Sequence record: OL615011
Source of the DNA: Shigella phage vB_SboS_Gloob
DNA: 64,000 nucleotides
Strand: one strand, 5' to 3'
Below, one piece after another: positions 38,700-48,268 of this stretch (positions are counted from its first letter, which is position 1; every line of letters begins with the position of its first letter). The position numbers and the translations under genes were made by a program. The notes beneath the pieces were generated by a model. That model was not told the DNA's origin and ran no database searches. It saw only the letters and a list, made by a program, of their open reading frames with translations.

Positions 38700-39427
38700 T
38701 ATTCTGTTTCTCCTTCGGTTTCGTCCAAATCGAATTGGGTTTTGCCGAAGTCCTGATCTGAATTGTCTTCGGCCTGCGCTGTTACCGTATTCTTAGCCTG
38801 CGCCATGTATTGAAGTATGCCTTTCGCAATCTTTTTATTCGATTCTGCGAGACGAGCTGCCTCCACCTTCTCTCGCTCCTTCTGCCTTTGAGCGTCCTTT
38901 TTGTTCTCAAAGTTGCCGATACGTTCACGGAAGTCCATGCCAATCCCTGTCGCATCAACAAAGATCTCTTGTTGGAAATCGGGATCGTCTGCCAGCCCTG
39001 CGAACCCACCCGCCTCTTCAAATGAGCGCAATTTGATGTACGTATGTTCTTCTTCGATATTCAGTTTACGAGCAAATGAGCGATCCGCACACATGGTCAC
39101 CCAAGAGAAGAAGTTGATCTTCCCTTTCTTTCCAATGTGGTCGACGTCAAAGGTGTGGAGGTAACGCAGGATGTTGACGATTGCTTCAGAGACCATGTCT
39201 TCACGGAAGGGATAGTCGCGATAGTTGTAGCGGGTGCTCATCTTGGTGATGATGCGCTGGACCTGTAGAGCAACATAGTTGGGGATCTTTGGAAGCCTGG
39301 TGCCTTCAGCCAGAGCCTTCTTACGAGCAGGGATCCAATCACGAAGGATACTGATGACACGCTCGTTATCTTCGTCCGTGAAATATTTGACGACATTCTC
39401 GCCACGATCAACATAATTCATACCCAT
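38699..39427 (-). CDS. 55: late transcription sigma factor gp55
   Basis: Region ISILRDW...YVALQVQRIITKMSTRYNYRDY aligns by eye with T4 gp55; T4 order 55-47-46 preserved. Confidence 0.65.
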   Translation of the reverse strand: MGMNYVDRGENVVKYFTDEDNERVISILRDWIPARKKALAEGTRLPKIPNYVALQVQRIITKMSTRYNYRDYPFREDMVSEAIVNILRYLHTFDVDHIGKKGKINFFSWVTMCADRSFARKLNIEEEHTYIKLRSFEEAGGFAGLADDPDFQQEIFVDATGIGMDFRERIGNFENKKDAQRQKEREKVEAARLAESNKKIAKGILQYMAQAKNTVTAQAEDNSDQDFGKTQFDLDETEGETE

Positions 39428-39438
39428 TGTGGGAACCC

Positions 39439-39966
39439 TCAGATACCGATAAATTCATCAAAAGATCCAACAACCTTCTTCACTGAGATCTTGTCATTCT
39501 CAATCAGGAAGTTGCTGTCGTTTTTGGCTGCTGTGGCCCAGTCATCGGCAAGTTCGTTACCTTCGTGCCCCGCATGACCCTTAACCCATTTTAGTTCAAC
39601 TTCACAAATTGAACAAACGAGATCATAGATTCTGAACAGATCTTTGATGAGTTCAACGTTCTTGTCTGGGAAGCCCTGATACTCCCACTTCGCTCGCCAT
39701 TCGGTGACGCTCTTGATGGTGTATTGGCTGTCAGACCAAATTGTTGCCTTTGGTATTCTGCGCTCACCCTTTCCTGAGAATGCCCACAGCAGCTTCAATG
39801 CGTTGGTCACACCCAACAACTCGGCGATGTTGTTGGTGGACGGGGGAGGCAGGTGACCGAAGAACACCTTCCATTGCATACCCGATATTGGCCTGATGAC
39901 AAATGCCCATCCTGCGGCCTGGTTGGTCTTCGGGTTAGAACCCCCGTCAGAATAAATTTCTATCAT
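39439..39966 (-). CDS. rnhA: RNase HI
   Basis: Start MIEIYSDGG; motifs SDGG, TNNIAEL, WSDSQY, WVKGHAGHEGNELAD. Confidence 0.8.
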   Translation of the reverse strand: MIEIYSDGGSNPKTNQAAGWAFVIRPISGMQWKVFFGHLPPPSTNNIAELLGVTNALKLLWAFSGKGERRIPKATIWSDSQYTIKSVTEWRAKWEYQGFPDKNVELIKDLFRIYDLVCSICEVELKWVKGHAGHEGNELADDWATAAKNDSNFLIENDKISVKKVVGSFDEFIGI

Positions 39967-39968
39967 GA

Positions 39969-39976
39969 TATAAATA
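39969..39976 (+). promoter_or_regulatory. T4-type late promoter TATAAATA
   Basis: Exact TATAAATA 27 nt upstream of ATG at 40003, with AGAGGA RBS. Confidence 0.6.
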
Positions 39977-40002
39977 TCCCAAACTGGTTTTATAGAAAGA
40001 GG

Positions 40003-40779
40003 AATGAAACTATGGCACCCCGCGCATATCGTTTCAGTCTCACCGCCCCGCAGATTGAGCAATTGCTCCTTTCTATCAATGATGCTATCAAGTCAGAAGA
40101 TATCATCTATGATTATGCTGCAGGTGGGACTGTTGGGCAAGTCGCAGCAGCGTCTGCCGTCAAGAACATGTGGTTGAAGCTCAACGAGATGGTAACAGGC
40201 CAAGGCCTCAAAGATGCCATCAACGCTGCAGAAGACAGCAACGTGTTCACCGACTATTATAAGTCTTTACTGGATCGCGAAGGCTGGAAATTTATTGGGT
40301 CTCCGGCAGATGAACTTGAGCGAGGCGACATCGACACCGCGAACTTCACGGGTGGTGAGGTCATTCTACTTCAGAAGAACGCTTCAGGCAACCCCGAATT
40401 CCAATACTGGAAGCGTACCCCGGTTGCTGGGGGTGATCCTACCTTTGCATGGGCTTCGGTCTATGAAGGGAACTCCAATGACTCTTCCATTGAGATCCCT
40501 GTGGTTGGCACCAGCGTACTCAAGGACATCCCCAAGGCGCTCTTCCATATGATCGAGTTCAGAGTGCATGTCTACGATGAGACACTGGGTCATTGGCAGG
40601 ACACCGACGGAAAAGTAGGGTATCGTGGCGAGGATCTGTTCTACAGCGTCTACAACCATGTTCAGACCAAACCTCTCGCCACCATTGACTTCAGTCAAGA
40701 CACAGATAGCATGACAGTCTCTGTTACTTCCCTGGAGCCGAATGTCAAATGCCATCTGTCGTTTATCGCTGGTTACTAA
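40003..40779 (+). CDS. late-expressed putative virion protein
   Basis: Start MAPRAYRF; late promoter upstream; function unknown. Confidence 0.5.
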   Translation, partial: NETMAPRAYRFSLTAPQIEQLLLSINDAIKSEDIIYDYAAGGTVGQVAAASAVKNMWLKLNEMVTGQGLKDAINAAEDSNVFTDYYKSLLDREGWKFIGSPADELERGDIDTANFTGGEVILLQKNASGNPEFQYWKRTPVAGGDPTFAWASVYEGNSNDSSIEIPVVGTSVLKDIPKALFHMIEFRVHVYDETLGHWQDTDGKVGYRGEDLFYSVYNHVQTKPLATIDFSQDTDSMTVSVTSLEPNVKCHLSFIAGY

Positions 40780-42494
40780 ACCTCGAACACGGCATCAGTA
40801 AACCAAGCGGGGAAGAACTCTGGGTTGCGCATCATCAGTGATTCAAAAGAAGAATCAAGGATGTATGTCGCAGCCCAGTCATTCACGCCCCTGACCGAAC
40901 GCCCGCACATCTGAACGATACGCAGTACCGCCATCCTGAAGTACGCCGATGGGTCTACACTGTTGACGTGAGCCACCAGAGGATCACCAAGGTAATCGTA
41001 TGGAACCTTGATCAAGATCTGAAATCGGCTGTAATCGCCTTTGAAGTCATACCCCTCTTCCATAGCCGGACTGGCGATGACACAAGGCGTCTTGGTCCGG
41101 AACGCGTGTTCCATGATGTCCATCAGAGCCTTACGAGTACGAGGAACGTGAATCATATTCCGGTACTTACTGAACTTCTGTAGAGCCAGGGCGCGGTCAT
41201 AACTTACTGTGTGAATGATGCCAGACTGCCCAGGGTGGAATGCGATGATTTCATCCACGTATTCGGCCAGCTTCTTCATCTCATAGTCACCCATGTTCGC
41301 CGTCATCTTCATGATGGGCATGTAGTTGACTTTCCGGTTCTCAATCGGGATAGGGTTTCCGATCTGAATCTTGTGGTACTCGCCCTCACGGATACCCAGT
41401 GACCGAGCGTACGAGTCAATCCCACAAATGGTCGCCGACATGTGAACGTGGTAGTCACCCTTGCGGAACAGGCCGAACTGGGATACATCAGATGCGATGA
41501 CAGGCTTGAACTGAATCATGCCCTTGTCCTTCTCCTGTACGATGAAGGTGCTGGCGTTGGTCTGCCCCATGATCCCACAGTAGTCGCTGAGGTTGTGAAG
41601 GGTGTCAATGATGTCCGACAACTTCATCACCTGGGCTTCAGTCAGGCGCTCGTCCTCTACCAGTTCCTCAAGGGTTTCCAGCAGGGCTTCAACCTTGTCA
41701 TGCAGGTCGTCAAATATCGAATGCATCTCACCAGACAGGGAATACAGCTTGCCCAATTCATAGTTCTCTGTGCGGATGATGATATCCTTGATGAGTTCCA
41801 CGATAGGCACTCCCTCGGGGATCGTAAGCAACCCTTCCACAGCCTTTATGCTGTATTCCATGATCGTGTGCTCTAGGAGCGTAGAGGGCATTTTATGGCA
41901 CTCGTCAAGGATCAGCATATCGGCGCGGTTTTCGGGCTTCATGCAGATCGTCGTGCACATCTCCACCATCATGGCGGCGTTGGTGCAGCGCAGGGAGGAG
42001 ACGTCTGTCCACTGACGACGCGCCTGAACATATGGACAACGATTCTTGTTACAGTGGCCATCTCGGCATGCCATACGGCACTGGATAGCGTTGTAATACA
42101 GGTCAGGGCTGATATGACAACGATAGTTCTTCTTGCCCTTCAGGATGTCTATCGCCACTGCCCTTTCAGCCGCATACTGATCTTGTAACCCTTTGGTCGG
42201 TGTTGTGATAGACGTGCGGAACTGACCATATGGGTTGCGCTCAAGAACCAGATGGCGAAGCACGTTATGGATGGTAGTGCCGATGAGGGATTTACCCACG
42301 CCCGTCGGCGCCTCGATGATCACGTGTTTGAATTTCTTATTCACAAGGGCATCAACGGCTTCAACGATGCACTCCATCTGGCCGGGGTTGGCGGTGTCGT
42401 ATGGGAAGGACTCAGTGGCAAGAGACTTGATGCGGTCTATGCTAACTGGTCCGACGCCATCAAGCGCCTTGGTATATTGGTTGAATGCTGTCAC
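40776..42494 (-). CDS. DinG/XPD-like SF2 helicase with Fe-S cluster
   Basis: 572 aa; Walker A APTGVGKS, Walker B DECH, cysteine cluster CHISPDLYYNAIQCRMACRDGHCNKNRCPY between them. Confidence 0.7.
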   Translation of the reverse strand: MTAFNQYTKALDGVGPVSIDRIKSLATESFPYDTANPGQMECIVEAVDALVNKKFKHVIIEAPTGVGKSLIGTTIHNVLRHLVLERNPYGQFRTSITTPTKGLQDQYAAERAVAIDILKGKKNYRCHISPDLYYNAIQCRMACRDGHCNKNRCPYVQARRQWTDVSSLRCTNAAMMVEMCTTICMKPENRADMLILDECHKMPSTLLEHTIMEYSIKAVEGLLTIPEGVPIVELIKDIIIRTENYELGKLYSLSGEMHSIFDDLHDKVEALLETLEELVEDERLTEAQVMKLSDIIDTLHNLSDYCGIMGQTNASTFIVQEKDKGMIQFKPVIASDVSQFGLFRKGDYHVHMSATICGIDSYARSLGIREGEYHKIQIGNPIPIENRKVNYMPIMKMTANMGDYEMKKLAEYVDEIIAFHPGQSGIIHTVSYDRALALQKFSKYRNMIHVPRTRKALMDIMEHAFRTKTPCVIASPAMEEGYDFKGDYSRFQILIKVPYDYLGDPLVAHVNSVDPSAYFRMAVLRIVQMCGRSVRGVNDWAATYILDSSFESLMMRNPEFFPAWFTDAVFEV

Positions 42495-42537
42495 TTTCTT
42501 CCTCCTATGGGATTCACCTTTAGTTTAACCGATTCCC

Positions 42538-42572
42538 AGGAACGAAAAAGCCGGAGTACAATGCTCCGGCTT
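42538..42572 (-). terminator. rho-independent terminator after HU gene
   Basis: AAGCCGGAG-CATTGTA-CTCCGGCTT followed by TTTTCGTTCC on minus strand. Confidence 0.6.
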
Positions 42573-42623
42573 TCTCTTTTGTCACGCCCCCGAGTTGCAG
42601 AGGCCGGACCGAACCAGGTTGAA

Positions 42624-42902
42624 TTACTTGCCGTTGGCAGCGTTCTTCAGACCTTCGCCCACTTTAAATTTCACAACGTTTTTCGCTTCGATCTGAATGG
42701 TCTGGCCGTTCAGAGGGTTACGACCTTCACGAGCTTCCTGGTGCTTCACTTCGAACGCGCCGAAGCCGACCAGCTGTACAGATGCGCCTGCAGCAACTGC
42801 AGTTTTAACGCCGTCGATAAAGGATGCCACTACTTTCTCCGCTTCGCCTTTGGTGATGTTCTGGGTCGAAGCAATGTGGGCAACAAATTCAGTACGATTC
42901 AT
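42624..42902 (-). CDS. HU/IHF-family histone-like DNA-binding protein
   Basis: 92 aa; HU signature LVGFGAFEV...EGRNPLNGQTIQIEA. Confidence 0.8.
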   Translation of the reverse strand: MNRTEFVAHIASTQNITKGEAEKVVASFIDGVKTAVAAGASVQLVGFGAFEVKHQEAREGRNPLNGQTIQIEAKNVVKFKVGEGLKNAANGK

Positions 42903-42992
42903 CTGGATTTCTCCGTTGGGTTAATGTTTACTTTCATGTTCACTACAAGAGGACTACAGTTTAACTAACAAATTTTATTGAATAAAGCGGAA

Positions 42993-43277
42993 TTATTGGG
43001 TGTTTCCTTTGGAGATGAATGATTCCATGTCTTCCCGAGAAATAATCGTTTCTACACGATCTTCATCGATCAACATTTCGTTCAGAAGGTCATAGCCCAG
43101 GACTTTCACACCACGCACACCCCAAGACTTTTCCCTCAGCTCTGACTCAATACTGAGAACTCTCTGAACCGTCAGGCCACCAGAAGAGAATGGGACCGGA
43201 AAGAAAGCAGAACACACTTGGGCACACCCATTCACGCTGTATCGAACCAGCAGGACATCACACCATACGCCAGCCAT
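42993..43277 (-). CDS. hypothetical protein
   Basis: 94 aa ORF. Confidence 0.4.
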   Translation of the reverse strand: MAGVWCDVLLVRYSVNGCAQVCSAFFPVPFSSGGLTVQRVLSIESELREKSWGVRGVKVLGYDLLNEMLIDEDRVETIISREDMESFISKGNTQ

Positions 43278-43278
43278 G

Positions 43279-43962
43279 TTACACCTCCACCGCGTGAGAC
43301 TTCAGGAGTTCATCAATCGCTTTCTGTCCCATATAAGAGAATGGGGTGCGCTGGTAGAACGCCCACAGAACCAACTGAACGACAGCGCGGGAACGGGTTT
43401 CGGCCGTCATCACCAGGTCGCTGAAATGAGGAGACTGTGCCGTCCACTGAATCACTTCGCCCAGGTCTTGATTACAGGTCACGGAGATGCGGAACTTGTT
43501 GCACAGATTGTCGACTTCTTTGTACGCATCGGTAGACACCCGAAGTTGGTCTGCATGCGCCCATGGTGTCGTGACGATTCTTTCACCCATCACTTTATCA
43601 GAGATAAACCAATCAATGGATTCAACAAACTTGCCGAAATGGTCGATGCGATAAATGCAGTCTCCCCCTTCCATAGAACGCATGGCATGATAGCGAGCGT
43701 CGATTTCGTTGTTGTGCATCGCGTTGAAGTCGATGAACACGCGACGCGCCAACACAACATCTTCCGGCTCCAGAGGGATGTATTCCCCTTCGTTGCTAGA
43801 CCTCCGGATGTTCGGATAATGTAGAATGCCGCTTAAATGCCCAGTGCAATATACATAACGAGGTCCAACACCCCCGACACGAGCATGAGCGACATAGGAT
43901 GGTTCTGTGAATCGCAAGTGGCCTTGATCGGCACCGACGATAATAGAATAAAGTTTTTCCAT
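43279..43962 (-). CDS. hypothetical protein
   Basis: Likely start MEKLYSIIVGADQGH. Confidence 0.4.
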   Translation of the reverse strand: MEKLYSIIVGADQGHLRFTEPSYVAHARVGGVGPRYVYCTGHLSGILHYPNIRRSSNEGEYIPLEPEDVVLARRVFIDFNAMHNNEIDARYHAMRSMEGGDCIYRIDHFGKFVESIDWFISDKVMGERIVTTPWAHADQLRVSTDAYKEVDNLCNKFRISVTCNQDLGEVIQWTAQSPHFSDLVMTAETRSRAVVQLVLWAFYQRTPFSYMGQKAIDELLKSHAVEV

Positions 43963-44019
43963 GATATAGTCTCTCAAATGAAAAGGGCGACCTTATGATA
44001 AGTCGCCCGAGGTTATTGA

Positions 44020-44928
44020 TTATTGGAAATCACCAACATACATGTTCAGCTTGTCGTCCCAGTTCAGAACAACACGGATCGTTGCGGTATCTTCTGGGAA
44101 GGTCAGTTTGTCACACATGGCGCGATTAACATAAGTCCCACTCTGGTTCACGTTGTAGTCCTTGCCTTGCATGATACCAAAACGCTTGAAGTCGCGTGTC
44201 ACCATCATGTTCAGGGTCGCCCATGGGAGTGATTCACGCAATGCTTTACACAGGATAATCTTTCCATTCGGCCTGAATGATACAAACAACTCATTAGCAA
44301 CCCGGCGGCGGGTGGGTGCCTCGAGTTCACGCAGGGAGATAAATTCAGAGGGATCGTCCAATGCACCCAGGGTGATCATGTCTTCGCGAACTTTATTGAC
44401 AATTTCAGTTACTGCTGACACGACTTCAACTGCCGGATTCGTCTTAAATGGCTCAACAGTCGTGGACATCTTGGATACAGACATCCCGCTGCCGTTGCGC
44501 TTCTCCGCATATTGCTCGACGGACTTGTCACTCACTGGAGGCAGTTTGGTGGCAGGAGTTATGACCGGGCTTGCATCTGGTTTCGCCTTTGGGGTACTCC
44601 GAGCCGCACGCAGCTTTTCCTGGGCTTCCAGAATGCGCTCTTGACGAGAAAGTGGAGCCTTTGGGGTGATCTTCGTACTGAAGTCAGAAACGCCGACCCA
44701 GTCACCCTGGTCATTACGCTTGGCGACCAGAGTCAGTTTGTGGATGATGCCCTGAAGTTTGCTCTCACGCAAGTTGTCGGCATACCAGAACTTCGCACCC
44801 ATCTCGAACTTCTCGGCGAAGATCACGCGAGCGTCTTCGTGTACCAACATAACTTTGGCTGTGTTGGGGGCAAAAGCCTTATTCTTTTCGATAATCGCCG
44901 CAGCGATTGATTTGGTCAGGAGCATCAC
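44020..44928 (-). CDS. hypothetical protein
   Basis: 302 aa ORF. Confidence 0.45.
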   Translation of the reverse strand: MMLLTKSIAAAIIEKNKAFAPNTAKVMLVHEDARVIFAEKFEMGAKFWYADNLRESKLQGIIHKLTLVAKRNDQGDWVGVSDFSTKITPKAPLSRQERILEAQEKLRAARSTPKAKPDASPVITPATKLPPVSDKSVEQYAEKRNGSGMSVSKMSTTVEPFKTNPAVEVVSAVTEIVNKVREDMITLGALDDPSEFISLRELEAPTRRRVANELFVSFRPNGKIILCKALRESLPWATLNMMVTRDFKRFGIMQGKDYNVNQSGTYVNRAMCDKLTFPEDTATIRVVLNWDDKLNMYVGDFQ

Positions 44929-44976
44929 AGTGTATTCCTTCAGTTCACAATGTAGGGCTAAATTTTAACCCGAAAC

Positions 44977-45294
44977 TTATTTTTGAAATCCGACAAAGTC
45001 CTGGGCAATCCCCCGACAATACATCAGGTCTTTCTTCGTTTGTGGGCTGTTTTCGGCCGCAGACATCATCATTGGTAGGTCCAGCGCATTCTCTATCTGA
45101 TCAACACTGAACAGATCAAGGCGCTTCAGCTCTCCCTCGAAGTCAGACAGGAGGATAGATGTATCTTTGTCGTCCGGATGGAATTGCTGATACGTCTCCA
45201 TCCAGGCGGCGCAGGTATTCAGTTTAGACGGTGGTGTGGCGTTTACACACCCGGCCATCAGTAACAGCAGGAGTAGGATTTTACCTTTCATCAC
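44977..45294 (-). CDS. outer-membrane lipoprotein (o-spanin-like candidate)
   Basis: Lipobox LLLLLMAGC; 105 aa; start overlaps upstream gene. Confidence 0.45.
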   Translation of the reverse strand: MMKGKILLLLLLMAGCVNATPPSKLNTCAAWMETYQQFHPDDKDTSILLSDFEGELKRLDLFSVDQIENALDLPMMMSAAENSPQTKKDLMYCRGIAQDFVGFQK

Positions 45295-45977
45295 TCGTTC
45301 TCCTTCATCATATTGTCGCAGTCAACACGAGTCTGCTGGAGTTCGCGCGACATGCGAGGATCATCAAGGTTCACGCTCAGATTCGTGGCCAGGTCTTTCA
45401 GGCCGTTCTGAACCCTGTCTTCAAAGTAATAATCGTTCTCCACCAACCATGCCCTGAGGCCAAGAGCGCGAGTGCGCCATTCCTTCTTCAGGGCGCGATC
45501 AGAGGTCTGCGTAGCGCTGTATTCGAATACTTTGATGCACTGATTGCCATCGTTGATGAGGTTCAGGTGACGGCGGCCTATCTGCACACCCTTCTGTAAT
45601 GCCGGAGAAGGGAGAGAACGGCACTGTCTGACTGTCATTCGGCCTTGGGTGCCCATACGCCCAGTCATGATAAGATCGCCAGCCTCCATGCCGCCTCGAT
45701 TAAATTCGTCGTCATTGAGGTAGCCCTTGAGGTTATAGGCTCCCTGTTTGTATCGGTTGAACTCAATCCCAGCATTGACCACAGCAGTGGAGACGTTGCC
45801 CGTGTTCCAGAGTTCAGCAAAGTTCTCTATGGAACCAGACTTGTCGATGGCGACTGCCTGGGAGAACCCAGCACAGTAGGAAAGATCAGACCACAGTTTG
45901 TCACCTGTGGAGTTCAGCTTGGCGGCGGCGGGTAATGCCAGACCAGCCAGCACAACCCCGAGGATTAAACGTTTCAT
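45291..45977 (-). CDS. periplasmic or signal-anchored protein (i-spanin-like candidate)
   Basis: N-terminal hydrophobic segment MKRLILGVVLAGLALPAAA; overlaps lipoprotein gene. Confidence 0.4.
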   Translation of the reverse strand: MKRLILGVVLAGLALPAAAKLNSTGDKLWSDLSYCAGFSQAVAIDKSGSIENFAELWNTGNVSTAVVNAGIEFNRYKQGAYNLKGYLNDDEFNRGGMEAGDLIMTGRMGTQGRMTVRQCRSLPSPALQKGVQIGRRHLNLINDGNQCIKVFEYSATQTSDRALKKEWRTRALGLRAWLVENDYYFEDRVQNGLKDLATNLSVNLDDPRMSRELQQTRVDCDNMMKENE

Positions 45978-46056
45978 GGTGATTCTCCTTATTTCATTGG
46001 ATGAAATGATAGGCGGCTCACCATGTTGAGTAAAGGGTTTCAATAAACTATCGTAT

Positions 46057-46515
46057 TCAGAAGCGAGCGTCAGACACGGTTCTGAACTTCACACCCTTGA
46101 ACTGCTTGGCGACCTTGACGAACTCCATCGCTGGCATGTCCACTTTGTAGACCTTGATGCGCTGTCGGTCATCCATGTTCAGGGCGGCGACATAGCGGTG
46201 TGAGCCGTCGACCACGTAGTTATCAGAAGACACCCAAACCCGACCCATGGGCTTCTTGTTTCTGATGTTCTTCATGATCTTCCAGACCTTCATCTTGTTG
46301 ATTTCGTTCTGGGTGAGACGGAGCGATTTGATAGGAACCTGGCCAGCGTCGATGGTGATGCCGAGTTCCTCCAGGTAGTCATGGAACGCCTGCTGCTTGT
46401 CATCGTCGATCTGTGGCATAGAAGAACGAGAAAGCCCGAGGTTTCCAACAGGAATCCTCAGGCCGTTGATAATGTTCAACCAGTCTATGAAGGAAGACAT
46501 GAACATGAGATTCAC
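46057..46515 (-). CDS. ParB/Srx-fold nuclease-like domain protein
   Basis: Motif VDGSHRYVAA (ParB-like DGxHR). Confidence 0.45.
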   Translation of the reverse strand: MNLMFMSSFIDWLNIINGLRIPVGNLGLSRSSMPQIDDDKQQAFHDYLEELGITIDAGQVPIKSLRLTQNEINKMKVWKIMKNIRNKKPMGRVWVSSDNYVVDGSHRYVAALNMDDRQRIKVYKVDMPAMEFVKVAKQFKGVKFRTVSDARF

Positions 46516-46538
46516 CTCGGGATATGGATTATCCCTTA

Positions 46539-46650
46539 GTTAGGCGTGAAATGTCTTACACAGTACGGCTCCGAGATATTCACACAACAAAACGAGCAAG
46601 ACACCCAATGAACATCCAATAAGCCAACCCCAAAATTCAATGTCCACCAT
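46539..46650 (-). CDS. small hydrophobic membrane peptide (36 aa)
   Basis: MVDIEFWGWLIGCSLGVLLVLLCEYLGAVLCKTFHA; ATG overlaps upstream stop (ATGA); not in supplied ORF track. Confidence 0.3.
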
Positions 46651-46937
46651 CACACCTCGTCTTCTTCAGGTCCACCGTCAATCAGGATGCGAGCGGTGTC
46701 GAAAGTTTCCCCGCCCGTGTTCAGCAGCTTGGTTAGATCGTCAAGATATCGGACCGTGCCAAGATCAGATGACCGCGATATAAACTCCAGCATACCATAC
46801 AACGCTGATTGGAATCGGCCATTGTCGATATGATTCTTGACCTCCATCAGGCGCAAGATGTTCTCTGACTGAGTATGGCCAACACACGCCTTGTCTCTGA
46901 TCATCTCCTTGATAGAACTTCTCTCTGATGGTGTCAT
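46650..46937 (-). CDS. hypothetical protein
   Basis: 95 aa ORF. Confidence 0.4.
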   Translation of the reverse strand: MTPSERSSIKEMIRDKACVGHTQSENILRLMEVKNHIDNGRFQSALYGMLEFISRSSDLGTVRYLDDLTKLLNTGGETFDTARILIDGGPEEDEV

Positions 46938-47308
46938 AACGTACCCCCGACAGAGATCAAGAACTCTTCTTCAATGGTCGTGACCGGGCGGCGGTTGCGG
47001 GTTTCGATCATGAAGCCCCAGCCGCCGTCGGCGACGTTGCCAAAGGTCTTGACGCCAAAGGTCTTCTTCCCGTTGGAGCAGGCATAGAAGTCCAGGATGA
47101 ACGGGCTACCCTGATTGTCGATCCCACGGTTTACGCCGTCCGCTACACAGCGCTCAATCATCTTCCCGTTCTTATACAGAACGAGGTCTTGGCCATACGC
47201 CTTGAAAGCATAAACGCCGCTGGTAGACACTCCGGTGATGACAGGAGGAGCGGAAACAGCAGAGAAGGAAGCGCCCAGCAGGGCAACAGCGAGGATTAAC
47301 TTTTTCAT
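46934..47308 (-). CDS. secreted protein with signal peptide
   Basis: MKKLILAVALLGASFSAVSA signal peptide. Confidence 0.45.
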   Translation of the reverse strand: MKKLILAVALLGASFSAVSAPPVITGVSTSGVYAFKAYGQDLVLYKNGKMIERCVADGVNRGIDNQGSPFILDFYACSNGKKTFGVKTFGNVADGGWGFMIETRNRRPVTTIEEEFLISVGGTL

Positions 47309-47367
47309 GATATAGTCTCTTGGTTTCAAATGGGCGGGGTAATCATACCCCGCCGGAGTTTATAGAA

Positions 47368-47613
47368 TTAGCTGATGTGCTTCAGAAGAGCGAAGAGGAT
47401 CGCGGCCTTGGCTTTCACCTTGCCGACGACGCCTGTCTCAACATCGACTTCTTCAGCAACCCACTCTTTGCCCTTCTTGCTGATGATAACGTCACGGCGC
47501 TGGGCATATACCTCTTTGGTCGCGTACACGCGGCGGAACCCTTTGGCGCGGAGTAGTCCCCAATTGCGGTCAATTTCTACGGAGGTTTCGACCATTTTGT
47601 TCTTATTTGACAT
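47368..47613 (-). CDS. hypothetical protein
   Basis: 81 aa ORF. Confidence 0.4.
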   Translation of the reverse strand: MSNKNKMVETSVEIDRNWGLLRAKGFRRVYATKEVYAQRRDVIISKKGKEWVAEEVDVETGVVGKVKAKAAILFALLKHIS

Positions 47614-47791
47614 CTGTGACCTCGATCACGTTAGCAACGTTGCGCCAGAATTCACGTCCTTCGGAATCAACGACCAAAATTTGTTTGTTGCTGCGAGCCT
47701 TAACTGTCAGGACAGGAGCAGTTCCGAACTCACCTACCCATTTGGTTTCTTTTACTTTCGATCCAGACATGATCATAATGTAATCCTTCAT
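47603..47791 (-). CDS. hypothetical protein
   Basis: 62 aa ORF. Confidence 0.35.
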   Translation of the reverse strand: MKDYIMIMSGSKVKETKWVGEFGTAPVLTVKARSNKQILVVDSEGREFWRNVANVIEVTDVK

Positions 47792-47859
47792 CTCAATCTG
47801 GTGAACCCCATCGTTCGCCAGTTATTGAATAATAGGATATTCCTTAGAGGAAGTAAACC

Positions 47860-47892
47860 CCTAAAAGTAAAAATCCCCAACAAACGTTGGGG
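47860..47892 (-). terminator. rho-independent terminator after ACP-like gene
   Basis: TCCCCAAC-GTTT-GTTGGGGA followed by TTTTTACTTTT on minus strand. Confidence 0.65.
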
Positions 47893-47899
47893 ACTTCTG

Positions 47900-48226
47900 T
47901 TATTTGCGCAGGGCAACCACGAGTTCAGCGAGTTCACCCATGGTCGGGTCATCGCCTTTACTACCCAGCCAACCGTCGTCGATTTCGACCTGAAACTCTT
48001 CTTCGAGGTCCATTACAATTTCGATAGCGTCCAGTTCATCACCGCCGAGATCCTTCTTGGCGCGGAGGCCTGCAAACTTGTCCAACGCATCGTCTGTGGC
48101 AACTTCACCGTCAATCATTTTCTTGACGTTTGGGTATTTCACCTCGTCTGCATCTAAGTTCAGATTGTCAGTGGCGTACTGAGCCAGATGACGCATGACT
48201 TCAACATATGTTGGTTTACTGCTCAT
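47900..48226 (-). CDS. acyl-carrier-protein-like small acidic protein lacking the phosphopantetheine Ser
   Basis: LGGDELDAIEIVMDLEEEF resembles ACP helix II (DLGADSLDxVELVMALEEEF) but has Glu where the Ser should be. Confidence 0.45.
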   Translation of the reverse strand: MSSKPTYVEVMRHLAQYATDNLNLDADEVKYPNVKKMIDGEVATDDALDKFAGLRAKKDLGGDELDAIEIVMDLEEEFQVEIDDGWLGSKGDDPTMGELAELVVALRK

Positions 48227-48231
48227 GCTAC

Positions 48232-48262
48232 TTCTCCCAAAGAAAGGCGGGTTGCCCCGCCC
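48232..48262 (-). terminator. terminator hairpin between vWA gene and ACP-like gene
   Basis: GGGCGGGG-CAAC-CCGCC followed by TTTCTTTGG on minus strand. Confidence 0.45.
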
Positions 48263-48268
48263 GTTGGA

